From Entomortierella parvispora E1425 (taxonomy: Eukaryota > Fungi > Mortierellomycota), in NCBI GenBank assembly GCA_020891255.1, contig BQFW01000005.1, positions 1,054,001-1,118,000 on the forward strand: 64,000 nucleotides of DNA, in the 5' to 3' direction. A model generated the notes under the pieces. The model was not told the DNA's origin. It ran no database searches and was given only the letters and a program-made list of their open reading frames with translations. The translations under genes and the position numbers were made by a program. Of the stretch, positions 36,900-49,131 are shown piece after piece. Numbering within the stretch: position 1 is the stretch's first letter; each line of letters begins with the position of its first letter.

Positions 36900-37910
36900 G
36901 GCCAATCGTACTGAGGGCTTCCCATGGACGACAGACATAGAGACCACGACTGTCGAGAAGCTTGAGAAAGCCATTTACGGAGCGCATCCGGACAGGGAGG
37001 ACGGCGTTGTTGAGGTGGGAATTATTCATTCGAGTGGGGGTAGTAAGGAGCACCCCAGTGATCATGCACATTTTCGCGATATCCTACAACAGTACCGAAG
37101 AACGAGCACCAGGACAATAACATTTGTGCTGGAGACACCGAGTACGCCGACTTCACGGTCAAGGAGGTCAACACCCTCTACGACATTTCTAACATGGACC
37201 CTCCCAATATTTCGGACCTGCTGCCATTCAAGGACATCTCCACCGAGGTTCTCGATTCAGACTTGGACAGCGTCTCTACGACGACTGCTTGACGAGCTCG
37301 ACTCAAGGATTCGGGCGATATCAACAGATACCTTTTCCACCGAGGCCACATGCTCTGCCTATGTCTGCTCGCCCTCGCACAGGCTGCCTCGATCTTCAAT
37401 GGCGACCTGATACTCGCTCCAAAGAAGCCGCTGAGAGGTAAGAATGGCTATAGAAAGGTGGATTACGCGATCGAGGCGCTTGCTGAAGATGGCACGAGAC
37501 ACGTTCTGGAAGCACGAGAATTATAAAAAGGGGCTGGTGCAGAACCTCGTGCAGCTGGAGTCATCACTGACTGTGAGGAAGCGCAGGTACAGCACCGACG
37601 ATGACGATGATTATTGTAGAGATGGAGGGCAAGAAGAGAACAACTCGGGGCCCCTAATGGCGTACGGCATTGTCACTGACGCCTCGTACTGGTTTTTGTG
37701 GAGTGCACCATCGACCCATCGCAAGACTCAGGGGAGCGCCCCAGGTTCAGGATTTCGAGACTGAAGGATATCGTCAACTACAACAAGGACACTCGGAGAG
37801 TTGAGGCCGAGTCTGTGCTGGGACAGGTTGTGTGGCCCATGACGAAGATGCACTCAGAGATCCCAGCACGCGAGCCCAGGACGAAAAAGCAGAAGTTCGC
37901 CGCAGATTAG
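36900..37910 (+). pseudogene. Crinkler (CRN)-like gene relic with a putative restriction-endonuclease-like C-terminal domain
   Basis: Fragments across frames (FPWTTDIETTTVEKL, FVLETPS, TEATCSAYV, KVDYAIE, GLVQNLVQLESSLTVRKR, AYGIVTDASYWF, VLGQVVW) follow the motif order I recall for Mortierellaceae CRN-like proteins; several frameshifts. Confidence 0.55.
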
Positions 37911-38619
37911 CAGTCTGCAATCAAGATGGTGCGCGTGTAGCCTTTCAAAACACTCTTGCACCGAAGACCACAGTGTACTTCCAGTCCACCTGTAACATAC
38001 AAATACCATCGCATCCACACTTGACCTCCAGCAGCAGCCTTTTCTATATTTCAAAACCTTGTCTAAAAGTGGTGGTAGTGGTGGTAGCAAATATAGAGGG
38101 GCAGCCATTTAGAGAGGGATCAGAAGGGCAGGACCAAAAAACCAAAAGTTCACCGCCGCTGAGCAGCCTACAAGCAAAATTGCTCGTGTGTAGCTCAAAC
38201 CAGGCCTCTTCACGTCATTGTCGTTGTTCTTCTGGCTATCTGTAATATACGTGTTTAATAGTCAAGTCTGCGCTGTGCATCACTAATCGCCTATTGCCAT
38301 AGCCTGCTTTTAATAATATGGAACAATGCGCACGACGGCTCAATTCCGAGGGCAAGGTGTATTACGCTTTTGCAATGCCCAGGAACAACAAACATCCTCG
38401 GAGGAACACGAAATGTTGGATGCCTCTGCAAGATTTTCTTCTTCGACACCCGATCACTCACTGCCACACCCGGGCGCCTCACATGCAATGTTCTCATTTC
38501 CTTGTGAGCCTCAAAAAAAAAATCTTTTCCCTACAAAAGCGTGAATTGTCATTTGCGATGGGCTTTTCGATTTCCACCTTTTCTCGCCATTTCCACATTA
38601 ACAATCATAATAATGCACA

Positions 38620-40511
38620 ATGCTGAACATTTTAGTTCGGCTCATTCTACTGTTCTTGATCGTCGCTTTTACCATTGGACTCCAGTTGACAAGTCTCTCC
38701 AATGTCATTAATAACAGGGTTCGTCAGGATCAGAACGACCTCAAGAATTTCATCAACATCTATGTTACTATCTGTGGAATTTCATTCGCAGTCATGGTCT
38801 TTGTTCTCGGAAAACTGTTCACCAGCGATCTTTCCTGGCATTTACGAGAGCAACCTGGCAGCAAACGATTCATCCGAGCCTGGGGGTTCTATCCAGGACT
38901 CATTTCAGTCTACAGTGGCTTTCGGATTGGAGGCAAACGCTGGATTATGATGGGGTTGGCTCTGACGCTCATAACCTGCTTTTCTTTGGTCAAGGACATT
39001 TGGCTTACGCAGGCCATCCAGATCAAACCCCATATGAGCATTAGCGAGCCACTTAACGTTTCTGTGGCTACATTGCACGGGGGAGTGGACGCCTTAACCA
39101 CCAGGTTGGACCATCCCGGATACCTTGGCGTGTTTGCTGTAGAGGTCGTTATGGGTTTGAAAGGATCAACAGCCCTGCATTCAGATGGAGATGGAGAGTA
39201 CATCTGGTCCCCTTGGCTGAACGACCCTCAGGTGTCCGAGATCGTCATAGAGGATTATTCCACGATCGGACTTCGACCTTCTTGCAAGCTGATGACTTTG
39301 TCTGAAGTAATTGTGACCCCTCTGGGTGTTCCGTTTTACCAGATCGATATCCCAGAGACCACCTTCAATGCCTCGCAGCAGGCGACATTATACATCGAAG
39401 GTGGCCCCATATACACCACATGGAACACGACCACGGTTCGTTCAAACGCGACAGGTCATTATAAGGAAACAACACCAGATTATATTGTCAACTATCATGT
39501 CTTCCTCAGCAATGTTCAATACGACAACAGAACAGACTACACCTTTAAAGCTCCCAAAAACGCAACCTATGAAGACAATTTCCTCGCGTTTGTATACGGT
39601 TGCAAAGTCGAAATCAGTCAATACAACATCTCGGGCCATGTGGTGTCGGACGTCGGACCTACTCTGGACCGGCTCAACATGACCAAAAAAGTCCCCGTCC
39701 TGGAGATCCTGGACGACACGCCGAATTTTTACCAGATGGTGCAGCTTGCCTCCGAAGGGTTTACCGAAACACTTTCGTATCAGAACATTGGTGCCAACAT
39801 TGAGATTTGTCTCCCGATCCAGTGCTGGATGGCGGATACGGCCCTCGGGATCAATACCGGGTACAATTCATCCATAGATGGCCCGACGACTGCACTGATT
39901 TACCAACAAGGATGGACCCACATGACTCCAGAATTGTTGGAATACAAGGTAGTGCAATCGATCGGATATATCCTGTCGCCAACCGTGATGGTCGACATAG
40001 AGTACATCATGGCCGGCAATGTCACCCACGACTCTGTCATAGAGACAACGGATCTATATGTCTATGCCGGGATTGGGATTGAGTTGGTGCTGATTCTCCT
40101 AGGGCTTGGATTCTATATCTGCTCGGTAACTGACTACGGTCAGGGACATGGAGATGATCTAGAGCACCTTGTCGCAGTCCTTCAATCTGATGGTACTAAC
40201 AACCGCCATGAACTGGACACATTAAGTATGTCTTTCCCTGTTCCTGTACCTTCCTCCTCTTCTTCCTCAGTCCTCCACTCCCTCTTTGTTCCCCTCGCTT
40301 CATCCTTGAAAGCTAACCACTGACGTTGCACTGATATCTCATTAACTCTTGAATTAATTGTGGCGGCTTTCCCATTCTCTTGCAACCATATTTGACAGCC
40401 AAGAGCAACAAATGGCCATCAGGAGAGAATCTTCGCTTGAAAACTAGCGAAGAGAGTCGGCATGGCCGTGATTATCCCACTCAAGCGTATCGTCCGACCG
40501 GTGTCTTGTGA
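38620..40511 (+). CDS. Uncharacterised membrane glycoprotein (N-terminal TM helices, large extracellular domain, C-terminal TM)
   Basis: 567-codon ORF with hydrophobic segments and many NxS/T sequons; a probable intron 40226-40398 would extend the C-terminus to TGA at 40511. Confidence 0.7.
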
Positions 40512-40616
40512 AAAATTGAAAAGCAATTACGTATCAGAAAGGGATTCATATCCATGTCCATCGAATGTTTTTTTCTTATCTGAGGGTAGCTGTCCAACCG
40601 AAAGTAGATTCCTTTC

Positions 40617-40649
<33 letters not shown>

Positions 40650-40725
40650 GATCAAACAGCGCTACGCGTTCATCATTTCAGTGAAGAAAAAGTCCTTTGT
40701 GCACTCAAAGGTGAGTTTATTGTGG

Positions 40726-42441
40726 TCAATGAAAGAATCGGCCCCTGCACATCCATCCCTCATTCCCGGTCATGACAGTTCCAAGAATATGTCGGTGATC
40801 CATCCAATACCTCTCGAACAGTTCACAAAGACCAGCTTTGGCCTTCACATCCGGATGCAGAGACCATAGACGGATTTTGGTAAGCATGGGCCAATGGTCC
40901 AGCATCCATTGTGCTTCTTCAAGGTCCACATCTTCTCCTGTTTCGCAGTACAAATTCAGCTCCGTCAGTCGTCGCAAAGCTTTCAGTCGGTCCAGCCCAC
41001 AGTCCAATCGAATTTTCAAGTACTCGACTCTTTCGTACTCAGTCATGTCCACATTTTCGAATAACAAGGCACGGAGGTGTGTCAAAGTTGCCAATCGATC
41101 AAGAAAAATGGTAGACGAAACTGGTGTGGCCTGTGACATTGATGGCGGTTGTGGCTGTAGATCTAAGGACAATGAGCTGGGATCTCGGGTTGATAGATCC
41201 ATGTTACCTGCTGTCAAGATTTCTGCTGTTGTTTCTCCTGCCGTCTCTCCACTGACCGGCGTTAAATTTTTCCGGACAGATGCAAGCACAAACGCGAGAG
41301 AATGTTCCTCGATGTTTTTGCAAATCCATGGTCTTGGGTCGAGTTCAATATCCCAAGCCGAGATCATAGGTGCGCGCAGGATTCGTAGTTGAGGCATCTC
41401 GCATAGGAACCGTTGCACCATCGATCCGTCTACCTCTGGGCACAGGCACATGGAAAGCGACAACGTCTCCAGTTTCATCCTTTGCTTCCCAGCACCAGAC
41501 TCCAACAGCGCTACAGATGAAAGCTCCCCAAACTCCATTTCAGACAAAGTGAAGTGATTCAGAGGGGCTACCGCCTCCAATAATTGCGCCAGTTCGGAAT
41601 CTTTCAACTCAATGCACAAGTCCAGACTCTCCAGAAACGACCAATAACCGGCTCTGAGACCTTTAAGCCACATGGAGAAGTATTCCGCAGGTAAGTCATT
41701 AGCCGACACCCATTCAAGCGAGCGAATCTCTTGGTAGTCTTCCAGAAGTTGGTATACCTCTTCTCCCGGCCGACAGTATTGCAAAGCCAAATGGTGGATG
41801 TTGCAGTCAGTCAACCTTTGTGGTAGGTTTAGTTCGCGCTCCGATGGAGTGGACTGATAGCCGCATGTTGAGAAGTCCACACGGCTCCGCTTGAGGCTCC
41901 TCAGTTGCATCAAGACCCTCCTTGAATCGTTATCCATCTCCTCCATTATCATATCTCCATCGGTGATGTCCAGATTCGTGAGCCGACTCTTTGGTTGCTT
42001 AAAGCCCTGCAGGATATCCCAGACTGAGAAGTGAATCCTTGACCTTCTTGATTCTTGCTGAAACAAAACTCGCAGTGACACGAGATGACGGTTGTTCGCT
42101 TGAATAAAGCCTTTCAAAATTACTCTGGGATCATCATCGCCGCGACAGGCTTCCTGGACATCGAGAACAAGGCGTCGTAGACGAGGGAAGCGGAGTAGTC
42201 CATCGAGGTAGTTGAAAGCCGTTAGGTGCGGCATAATGGTGAATTTGAGGGACTTGATCATCTTAGCATGGCCCCAGAGTTTGTCGAAAGTGTCGTCGTC
42301 GAAGTTGAACGTGTCGTAGTCTTCGCCTTGTAGCTCAATGTCTTGCCAAAGTCTTGGGCGGAAGCATCGATACCAAGAACTAGAGACCTGGATACATGCC
42401 AAGAAACTTGTTTTGGACAGGTAGCTTGCAATCATTGACAT
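40726..42441 (-). CDS. F-box/RNI-like protein
   Basis: 571-codon ORF starting MSMIASYLSKTSFLACIQVSSSW; C-terminal PRPWIC...LDRLKALRRLTEL...EAQWMLDHWP; an upstream ATG at 42475 is out of frame by 1 nt. Confidence 0.85.
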   Translation of the reverse strand: MSMIASYLSKTSFLACIQVSSSWYRCFRPRLWQDIELQGEDYDTFNFDDDTFDKLWGHAKMIKSLKFTIMPHLTAFNYLDGLLRFPRLRRLVLDVQEACRGDDDPRVILKGFIQANNRHLVSLRVLFQQESRRSRIHFSVWDILQGFKQPKSRLTNLDITDGDMIMEEMDNDSRRVLMQLRSLKRSRVDFSTCGYQSTPSERELNLPQRLTDCNIHHLALQYCRPGEEVYQLLEDYQEIRSLEWVSANDLPAEYFSMWLKGLRAGYWSFLESLDLCIELKDSELAQLLEAVAPLNHFTLSEMEFGELSSVALLESGAGKQRMKLETLSLSMCLCPEVDGSMVQRFLCEMPQLRILRAPMISAWDIELDPRPWICKNIEEHSLAFVLASVRKNLTPVSGETAGETTAEILTAGNMDLSTRDPSSLSLDLQPQPPSMSQATPVSSTIFLDRLATLTHLRALLFENVDMTEYERVEYLKIRLDCGLDRLKALRRLTELNLYCETGEDVDLEEAQWMLDHWPMLTKIRLWSLHPDVKAKAGLCELFERYWMDHRHILGTVMTGNEGWMCRGRFFH

Positions 42442-42673
42442 GATCTCCGGGGGGAGTTTTGATATCAGAAGTCATGGCGGCAAGGCGGAATGGGTCAATG
42501 TGTGGAGACGAGAATGGAGGGATGAACAAGCGAGAATTGAATGTCTTTCTTGGTCCTCCTTAAATAGATGTAGGCAACATGTACCCCTTAAATTTCACGT
42601 ACTGATATTTGTCTGTACGTAGTCTATATTTGCACGTGCTCATTACTCGAGTCGCGTTTCCTCTCGACAGCAC

Positions 42674-44950
42674 GCTGACGCGTGTTGTAAGGAATTGTCA
42701 GTGGATCATACTTTGATGCAATCGTATTCACCTATTCACCCCCCATTCCTCCCTGGACACTCAACGACCAACGGTATCCTCGGTGATTTGTTATTCCCTT
42801 TGTCCCGTTCCCAGCTGTGTCACCATGGGCAAAGAGAAAAGGCAGGGCCAGATGACTTGTGAGCATGGCGAAGCACACGAAAATTTTTCTTGCAAGGCTC
42901 GATCTCGACCGCTTGCAATCTGGTCTTCATCTTCATTCCATCCATTCACCATTTGCCATTTGCCATTGGTCATTGGTCATTGGTCATTGGTCATTCTCTG
43001 CTTTTGTTCCCTCGAACTCCAATCTCTTCTTCCTTGCTACCTGGACCTTTGTCTCCTTCCACCGGTAGGGAAACTGGCCTCAAAACATAGAATGGTACTT
43101 TTATTGCTTCCTGTCGAAACTGACCTTGTTTCCCCTTTGCGCAACAGAGAATTTGACTATCATTGATCCCCCCCCGCACTCTTGCTGCACCACTGTCTTC
43201 GGTACGCTCACTTCTTGCCCGCGAGGGCTCTGCCGCGTCAGCCGCCTGGTTCCCCACCTTCAGATTCTGATCTTCCAATCGAACTCTTCCTCCAGCCATA
43301 GGTGATCGTGTTTAATTTCGGTCGTCCGCTTCAAACGTGGGAAACGCTGCAATTTCTATTATCCAAGTTTGCGTAAGTAACTCGTTTCTATAGACATGAC
43401 CACCATGAACTTCGTCCTACCACAGGTTCTAACGATAGCCGATTGCTCTTTTTGGTTCTCTTTGTTATTAGCCTGCCTCTCTCTGTCTCAGCTCGCTGCC
43501 TTGGAATAAAAAGGGAGATCGTCGGAACTCCAAGGTGAGGATGGAGTGTCGTTCAGCAAAGATGCGTTGTGACTGGACCTTAACGATTCTTATACTTGCC
43601 TCTCATCTCTATCAAGATTTAGGAAATGTCAAAGTCACCTCAAAAGTCCCACGCAAAGGATGGCAGCGCATCTGGTGCAAAAGGTAAAAGCAGAATAGCG
43701 GCTGCCATCTTCGGTATGAGCAAGATGTCGTTCTCTGTGGCTGTCTCAAAAGCAGGAAAGGGTTCAAAATCGGCCCCAACAGCCGCCCCAGCCGCATCAA
43801 AGGCAATTCGCAATTCAGCTCCAGTCTCAGTGGCTGCTTCCACGCCTGCGCCAAGTCCCTCACCGGATGCCCCATTCAATTCGAAATCGTCCACCGTTGC
43901 AGTCCCAAACACGATGACTGCAGTGCTGGACATATTTTCCATGGATACCACCAAGATCAAGCTGGTCATCCCTTTGCCAAAGGTTGGAGAAGACATCGAG
44001 TCAACAACACAACTCGTTGCTTGTGCCGAGCTACTGGCATCGAGTTTAGCCGTTACATCGGATTCAGAGTCGGCCAACAAACTCGTCAACACAGATTCCC
44101 CCACGCCTTCTCAAATTGAATGGAAACAGGAGATGGACGAACGGCCATTAGAGAAAGAAAACATCCATCAGTTGATGAGCCAGATGGTCGAACGGTTTAT
44201 TGACCTTCCCATCAAATAGTCGGATGCCATTCGCGAAATTGTCCTCCTCGGACCTGTCTTGGACAAGGAGCTTTACCGGGCCTTGCTCAATCAGTTTCTT
44301 TACGAGCTCGCTAGCAAGGATATCCTCAGCGTCGATTTGCTTCAGGGGCTGGTCAAGTTGGTCGAACACGCGCCTCCATTCTATCTTCTCGCAGACCTTC
44401 CCATCAAGATCCTGAGGGCTATTCGACGTCATTTCAAGGATTCTTCTCAGCAGGAAACATCCACTATCATCCATTTGACAATCGCCATCTCCAAGGTGCT
44501 CGTGATCATGGTTGATGGTGGAGCAAAGGATCTGAACCGCGCAGAGGAGCACGAACCGTTGCTCGAGATTCTGTCTAAACTAAAGAAGCACACGGATCCA
44601 TTGGTGCGATACCAGGTCGAGTACGCTTACAGGGCCCTGCAGTTGATTCCCGACGATGAAACATTGGGACATAGGCTCACTCGCAGTGGACTTGGCTTGA
44701 TTGGAGGATTGATGACAACCTCGGGTGTTATCCAGCTGGACTTTGGCGGTGTAGCGGAGGGTCTTCCTGAGGTGATCAAGAATGGGCGAGAGCTCATTGA
44801 AATCCTGAAGAAGCACTTTGGTCCTGATGAGCAGAATACATGGTTCATTGCCGTCCGAAGAGCCGAAGCTATGGTGAACGAGGGCCGACTTGTCGATTTC
44901 AACCGATTCATCTGCGAAACCGACTGTTGTCAGGATCCGTTTTTCCAGTG
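42674..44950 (+). repeat. ~2.3-kb segmental duplication, copy 2
   Basis: See copy 1; offset about 9.7 kb. Confidence 0.95.
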
Positions 44951-47900
44951 GCGTATCTGCCTGATCCTGGGCACAATGGCCGTTGATCCAGCTTGGGACA
45001 CAATCACCCGTCGGAGGGCTATTATTCTCCTTGGCAAGATGTTTGATAGCAACTCCGGATCGACAAAGCATCGAGATGTCCGAAGATGGATCTTGGCGCT
45101 CCTCCACGACATCTCGAAATCCCCCAAGACTGAGCCCTCTCTTGGCGCTGACGACGATGTGATCAGGCAGCAAGCGCTCAACCTGGTACTTGAGCTCGAG
45201 GGCCTTGGAGACGACAGAGCATTCGCACTTCATCACCCAGAGATAATCCATTGCCGTTCAAAGACATCCTCCGACTTGCTGAGAGATGACTGCAACACCC
45301 TGGAACTAGACCTTGTCCTTGATCGTCTCCGATATCAAAGACGAGAAATATTCAGTAAGCATGCTGTCTACATCTACCCGATGTCAAAGCCAAACCTTCA
45401 GGCGTCAGATGAGAGTCATAACCCGTTGCATGATTGTGTGCACCAGTTCCTGGAAGGCAAAGGTCTGGTCATGCTCATCCTGGGTGACTCTGGTGCAGGA
45501 AAGTCAACCTTCAACGCTAGACTGGAGCAGGATCTTTGGAAGACGTACAAAGTGGGCGATCCAATTCCACTTTTCATCGACTTGAAGGCTGTCCGAAATC
45601 TGGACCAGAATCTGATACAGCAGCACCTCGACAGCCTTAATATGTTCTCTGAATATCACATTAAGAAACTGAGATCTCGAGAGTTCATTTTGATCTGCGA
45701 TGGGTACGACGAGAGCCAGAGCCGGTCCAACCTCTACACCGTCAATCAATTCAACAAGCCGAATCAATGGAAAGCCAAGATGGTCGTTTCCTGTCGGACT
45801 CAATATCTCGCGCCAGGGTACCGTGCCTATTTCGCACCTCAACTGGATACGGTCACCAACCTTGACTTGTCTCCGACCAAAGTTGATCTCTTCGTGGAAG
45901 CCGTCATCCTTCCCTTCAAGCTGAGTCAGATCAAAGAGTACATCACACAGTACACTGCCTACTCTGACACAAGCAACAGCAAACTGAGATGGACAACCGA
46001 GCAGTACATGGAGCGATTGAAGAAAATTGATCACATCATGGACTTGATCAAGAATCCATTCATGTTGAGGATGGTCTTGGAGATTCTTCCAACGATGGCG
46101 CCAACAACCACCCAAATCACACGTGTTCAGCTCTACGACAGGTTTGTCGATTTACATTACGAGAACGAGCTGGATCGATTGATAAAGCAGCAGGGGAAAA
46201 TGCTTCCGGATCGTCTTGCGACATTCAAAGAAATGGAAGAGCTCGATTTTGTTGAACTTGGCATTGAGTTCTCGAAGCGGCTCGCAGATGCAATTTTCAA
46301 GGAGGGAAACGGAGTCAACTCTGTAGAGTACGGTATCGCTGACAGCAAATCATGGAAGCGTGATTTTTTCGGTCCCGACCCCAACTCTCAGCTGTTGAGA
46401 GAGTCAAGTCAAATCATCTGCCGTACTAGGACTTCGGACACCCAGGAGAAAACCAGAGGCAGAAATAACTCAGCCGGGAACAAGAGTACGTTTGGATTCA
46501 GTCATTTGTCGATCCTGGAATATTTCTACGCCCTATCAATCTACGACCCCAGGGAAGGCACGCCAGAGCTGGTTTCTTCAGATTCTCCGTCTCCTCTTGC
46601 CGCTGCTTCATCATCTCTGGTCGATCACCCTTTGGGTCGGCGGAGCCTCATCTCCGAGCCAGCGGTTCTCCAATTCTTAGCGGATCGTGTCCGACATATG
46701 GCCAAGTTCAAGGCTCACCTCCATGCTGTTGTTCAACTGTCCAAGACCGATACATCGGCTAATTGTGCAGCAGCTAACGCGATTACGATTCTGATCCGAG
46801 GCGGGGAGCAATTCAATGGAGCAGATCTGAAGGGTATCCGAATTCCTGGTGCGGATCTAAGTTATAGCGACTTTGATTCAGCGCAAATGCAAGGTGCAGA
46901 TCTGAGAAACACCATTCTTCGAAACGCGTGGTTGCATAGGGCCGATCTGAGCAATTCTCTGATGGAGGGGGTTACGTTTGGCGAATTTCCATATCTGAAG
47001 GAGAAAGGTCCCGTGCAGTGCTGTGCATTCTCTCCCAATGGTGCATACTTGGCAGTTGGTCTCGATAATGGCGAGATTGTCGTGTACGATACATCAACAT
47101 GGACCAAGGCGCTCTTCCCGCGGCACATTGCGGAAGCAACAGGGGCTACACACTTAGACAAAGCCGAATATACAACGTCAGGAAATGTTGACAGGACCGT
47201 GCACCTTTTGGACAAACATACCGGTGTTCATGTCACCTCACTGAGTGGCCATACCAGCCGCGTCGATTCTGTGGCATTTTCACCTAGCGGTCACCAAATC
47301 GCATCAGGCAGTTGTGACAAGACTGTGCGACTGTGGGATGCACAGACTGGGGCTCTCGTCACTTCTTTGAGTGCCCATACCGACAGAGTCAGATCAGTGG
47401 CATTTTCACCTAGCGGCCACCAAATCGCGTCAGGCAGTGATGATGGGACAGTGCGATTGTGGGACGCGCGGACTGGGGCTCTTGTTACTTGCTTGGGTGG
47501 CCATACCCATGTGGTCAGTTCTATGTCATTTTCACCTAGCGGTCACCAGATCGCATCAGGAAGCCATGGCAACACTGTTCGACTGTGGGAAGCACAGACT
47601 GGTGCTCTTATCACTTGCTTGAGTGGCCATACCAGCTGGGTCAGATCGGTGGCGTTTTCACCTAGCGGCCACCAGGTCGCATCTGGCAGCATTGACAATA
47701 CTGTGCGACTGTGGAATGCACAAACCGGCGCCCTTGTTACTTCCTTGAGCGGCCATACCGATTACGTCAATTATGTAGCATTTTCACCTAGCGGTCACCA
47801 GATCGCATCAGGCAGTAGGGACAACACTGTACGACTTTGGGATGCACAGATTGGAGCTCCTGTCGCATCCTTGAGTGGTCACACCTCCAGCGTCAATTTT

Positions 47901-49013
47901 GTGGCGTTTTCACCTAGAAGTCACCAGATCGCATCAGGCAGTTATGATGGGACTGTGCGACTGTGGGATGCACAGACAGGTGCTCTTGTCACTTCTTTGA
48001 GTGGCCATACCAGTCACGTCTATTCTGTGGCATTTTCACCCAATACTCGCCGGATCGCATCAGGCGGCAGGGATGAGACTGTGCGACTTTGGGATGCACA
48101 GACTGGTGCTCTTGTCACTTCCTTGAGTGGCCATACCCATGAGGTTAAATCTGTGACGTTTTCGCCTAGCGGACACCAGATCGTGACGGGCAGTGCGGAC
48201 AAGACTGTGCGGCTGTGGGATGCACAGTCTGGTGCTCTTATCACTTCTTTGAGAGGTCATACCAACCTGGTCCTTTCTGTGGCGTTTTCACCTAGCGGCC
48301 ACCAGATCGCATCAGGCAGCAGTGACAATACTGTGCGGCTGTGGGATGCACAGTCTGGTGCTCTCGTCACTTCTTTGAGAGGTCATACCAACCTGGTCTT
48401 TTCTGTGGCGTTTTCACCTAGCGGCCACCAGATCGCATCAGGCAGCAGTGACAATACTGTGCGGCTGTGGGATGCACAGTCTGGTGCTCTCGTTACTTCT
48501 TTGAGAGGTCATACCAACCTGGTCTTTTCTGTGGCGTTTTCACCTAGCGGCCACCAGATCGTATCAGGCAGTTATGACAAGACTGTACGACTGTGCGATA
48601 CTCAGACTGGTGGTCTTGTCACTTCTATGAGTGGCCATACCAACTCGGTATACTCTGTGGTATTTTCACCTAGCGGTCGCCAGATCGCATCAGGCAGTAA
48701 TGATGGGACTGTGCGACTGTGGGATGCACGGACTGGTCATTGCCAATTTATACTGGATGTTTATCAAGGTTCTGTCCTAGCTCTTGCATGGAAGGCTAAT
48801 CTTGACGATTTATATCTCGCGGTTGGAAGTGGTGATAAATCTGTGCGAATGTGGCATGTTATTGAGGATGACACCGACGTCAAGATGCGCTTGAAATGGC
48901 GATCAGCTCCGTACACACTCGAATTATCGCAGGTTTTTATCCAAGACGTCCAGAGCTTAAGTGAGATGAATAGACGGTTGTTGAAGCAACGAGGGGCGAA
49001 AGATCAGCTTTGA
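43626..49013 (+). CDS. Fungal NLR-like protein: Arm-like repeat, NACHT, pentapeptide repeats, WD40; interrupted by an in-frame TAG at 44217-44219
   Basis: Walker A GDSGAGKST, Walker B LICDGYDE, A(D/N)Lxx pentapeptides and about 15 WD40 units; ORFs 43626-44219 and 44259-49013 share one frame. Confidence 0.9.
47244..48755 (+). repeat. Twelve highly similar 126-bp WD40 coding repeats
   Basis: SGHTxxVxSVAFSPSGHQIASGSxDxTVRLWDAQTGALVTSL occurs 12 times. Confidence 0.95.
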
Positions 49014-49050
49014 AGCCCTGGTGAATAAAATAATGGATCAAGGGTATACC

Positions 49051-49094
49051 ATCCTGGTCTGATCTACAGACACCAAAGACAAAAAACTGGAGAC

Positions 49095-49131
<37 letters not shown>

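Noticed and set aside
44180-44219. Tiny intron ending at the NLR TAG (25 or 33 nt)
   Set aside because: The 25-nt version shifts the frame. The 33-nt version is very short, has a weak donor, no branch site and would delete conserved residues; only cDNA could fully exclude it.
47244-48755. Regular repeats with variable positions as a CRISPR-like array
   Set aside because: They are in-frame 126-bp WD40 coding units in a eukaryotic gene, with no repeat-spacer structure or cas genes.
49096-49129. Poly-A after the NLR as a retrocopy signature
   Set aside because: Long A/T runs are common across this window's introns and intergenic DNA, the tract is mirrored in the palindrome's other arm, and no TSD is seen.
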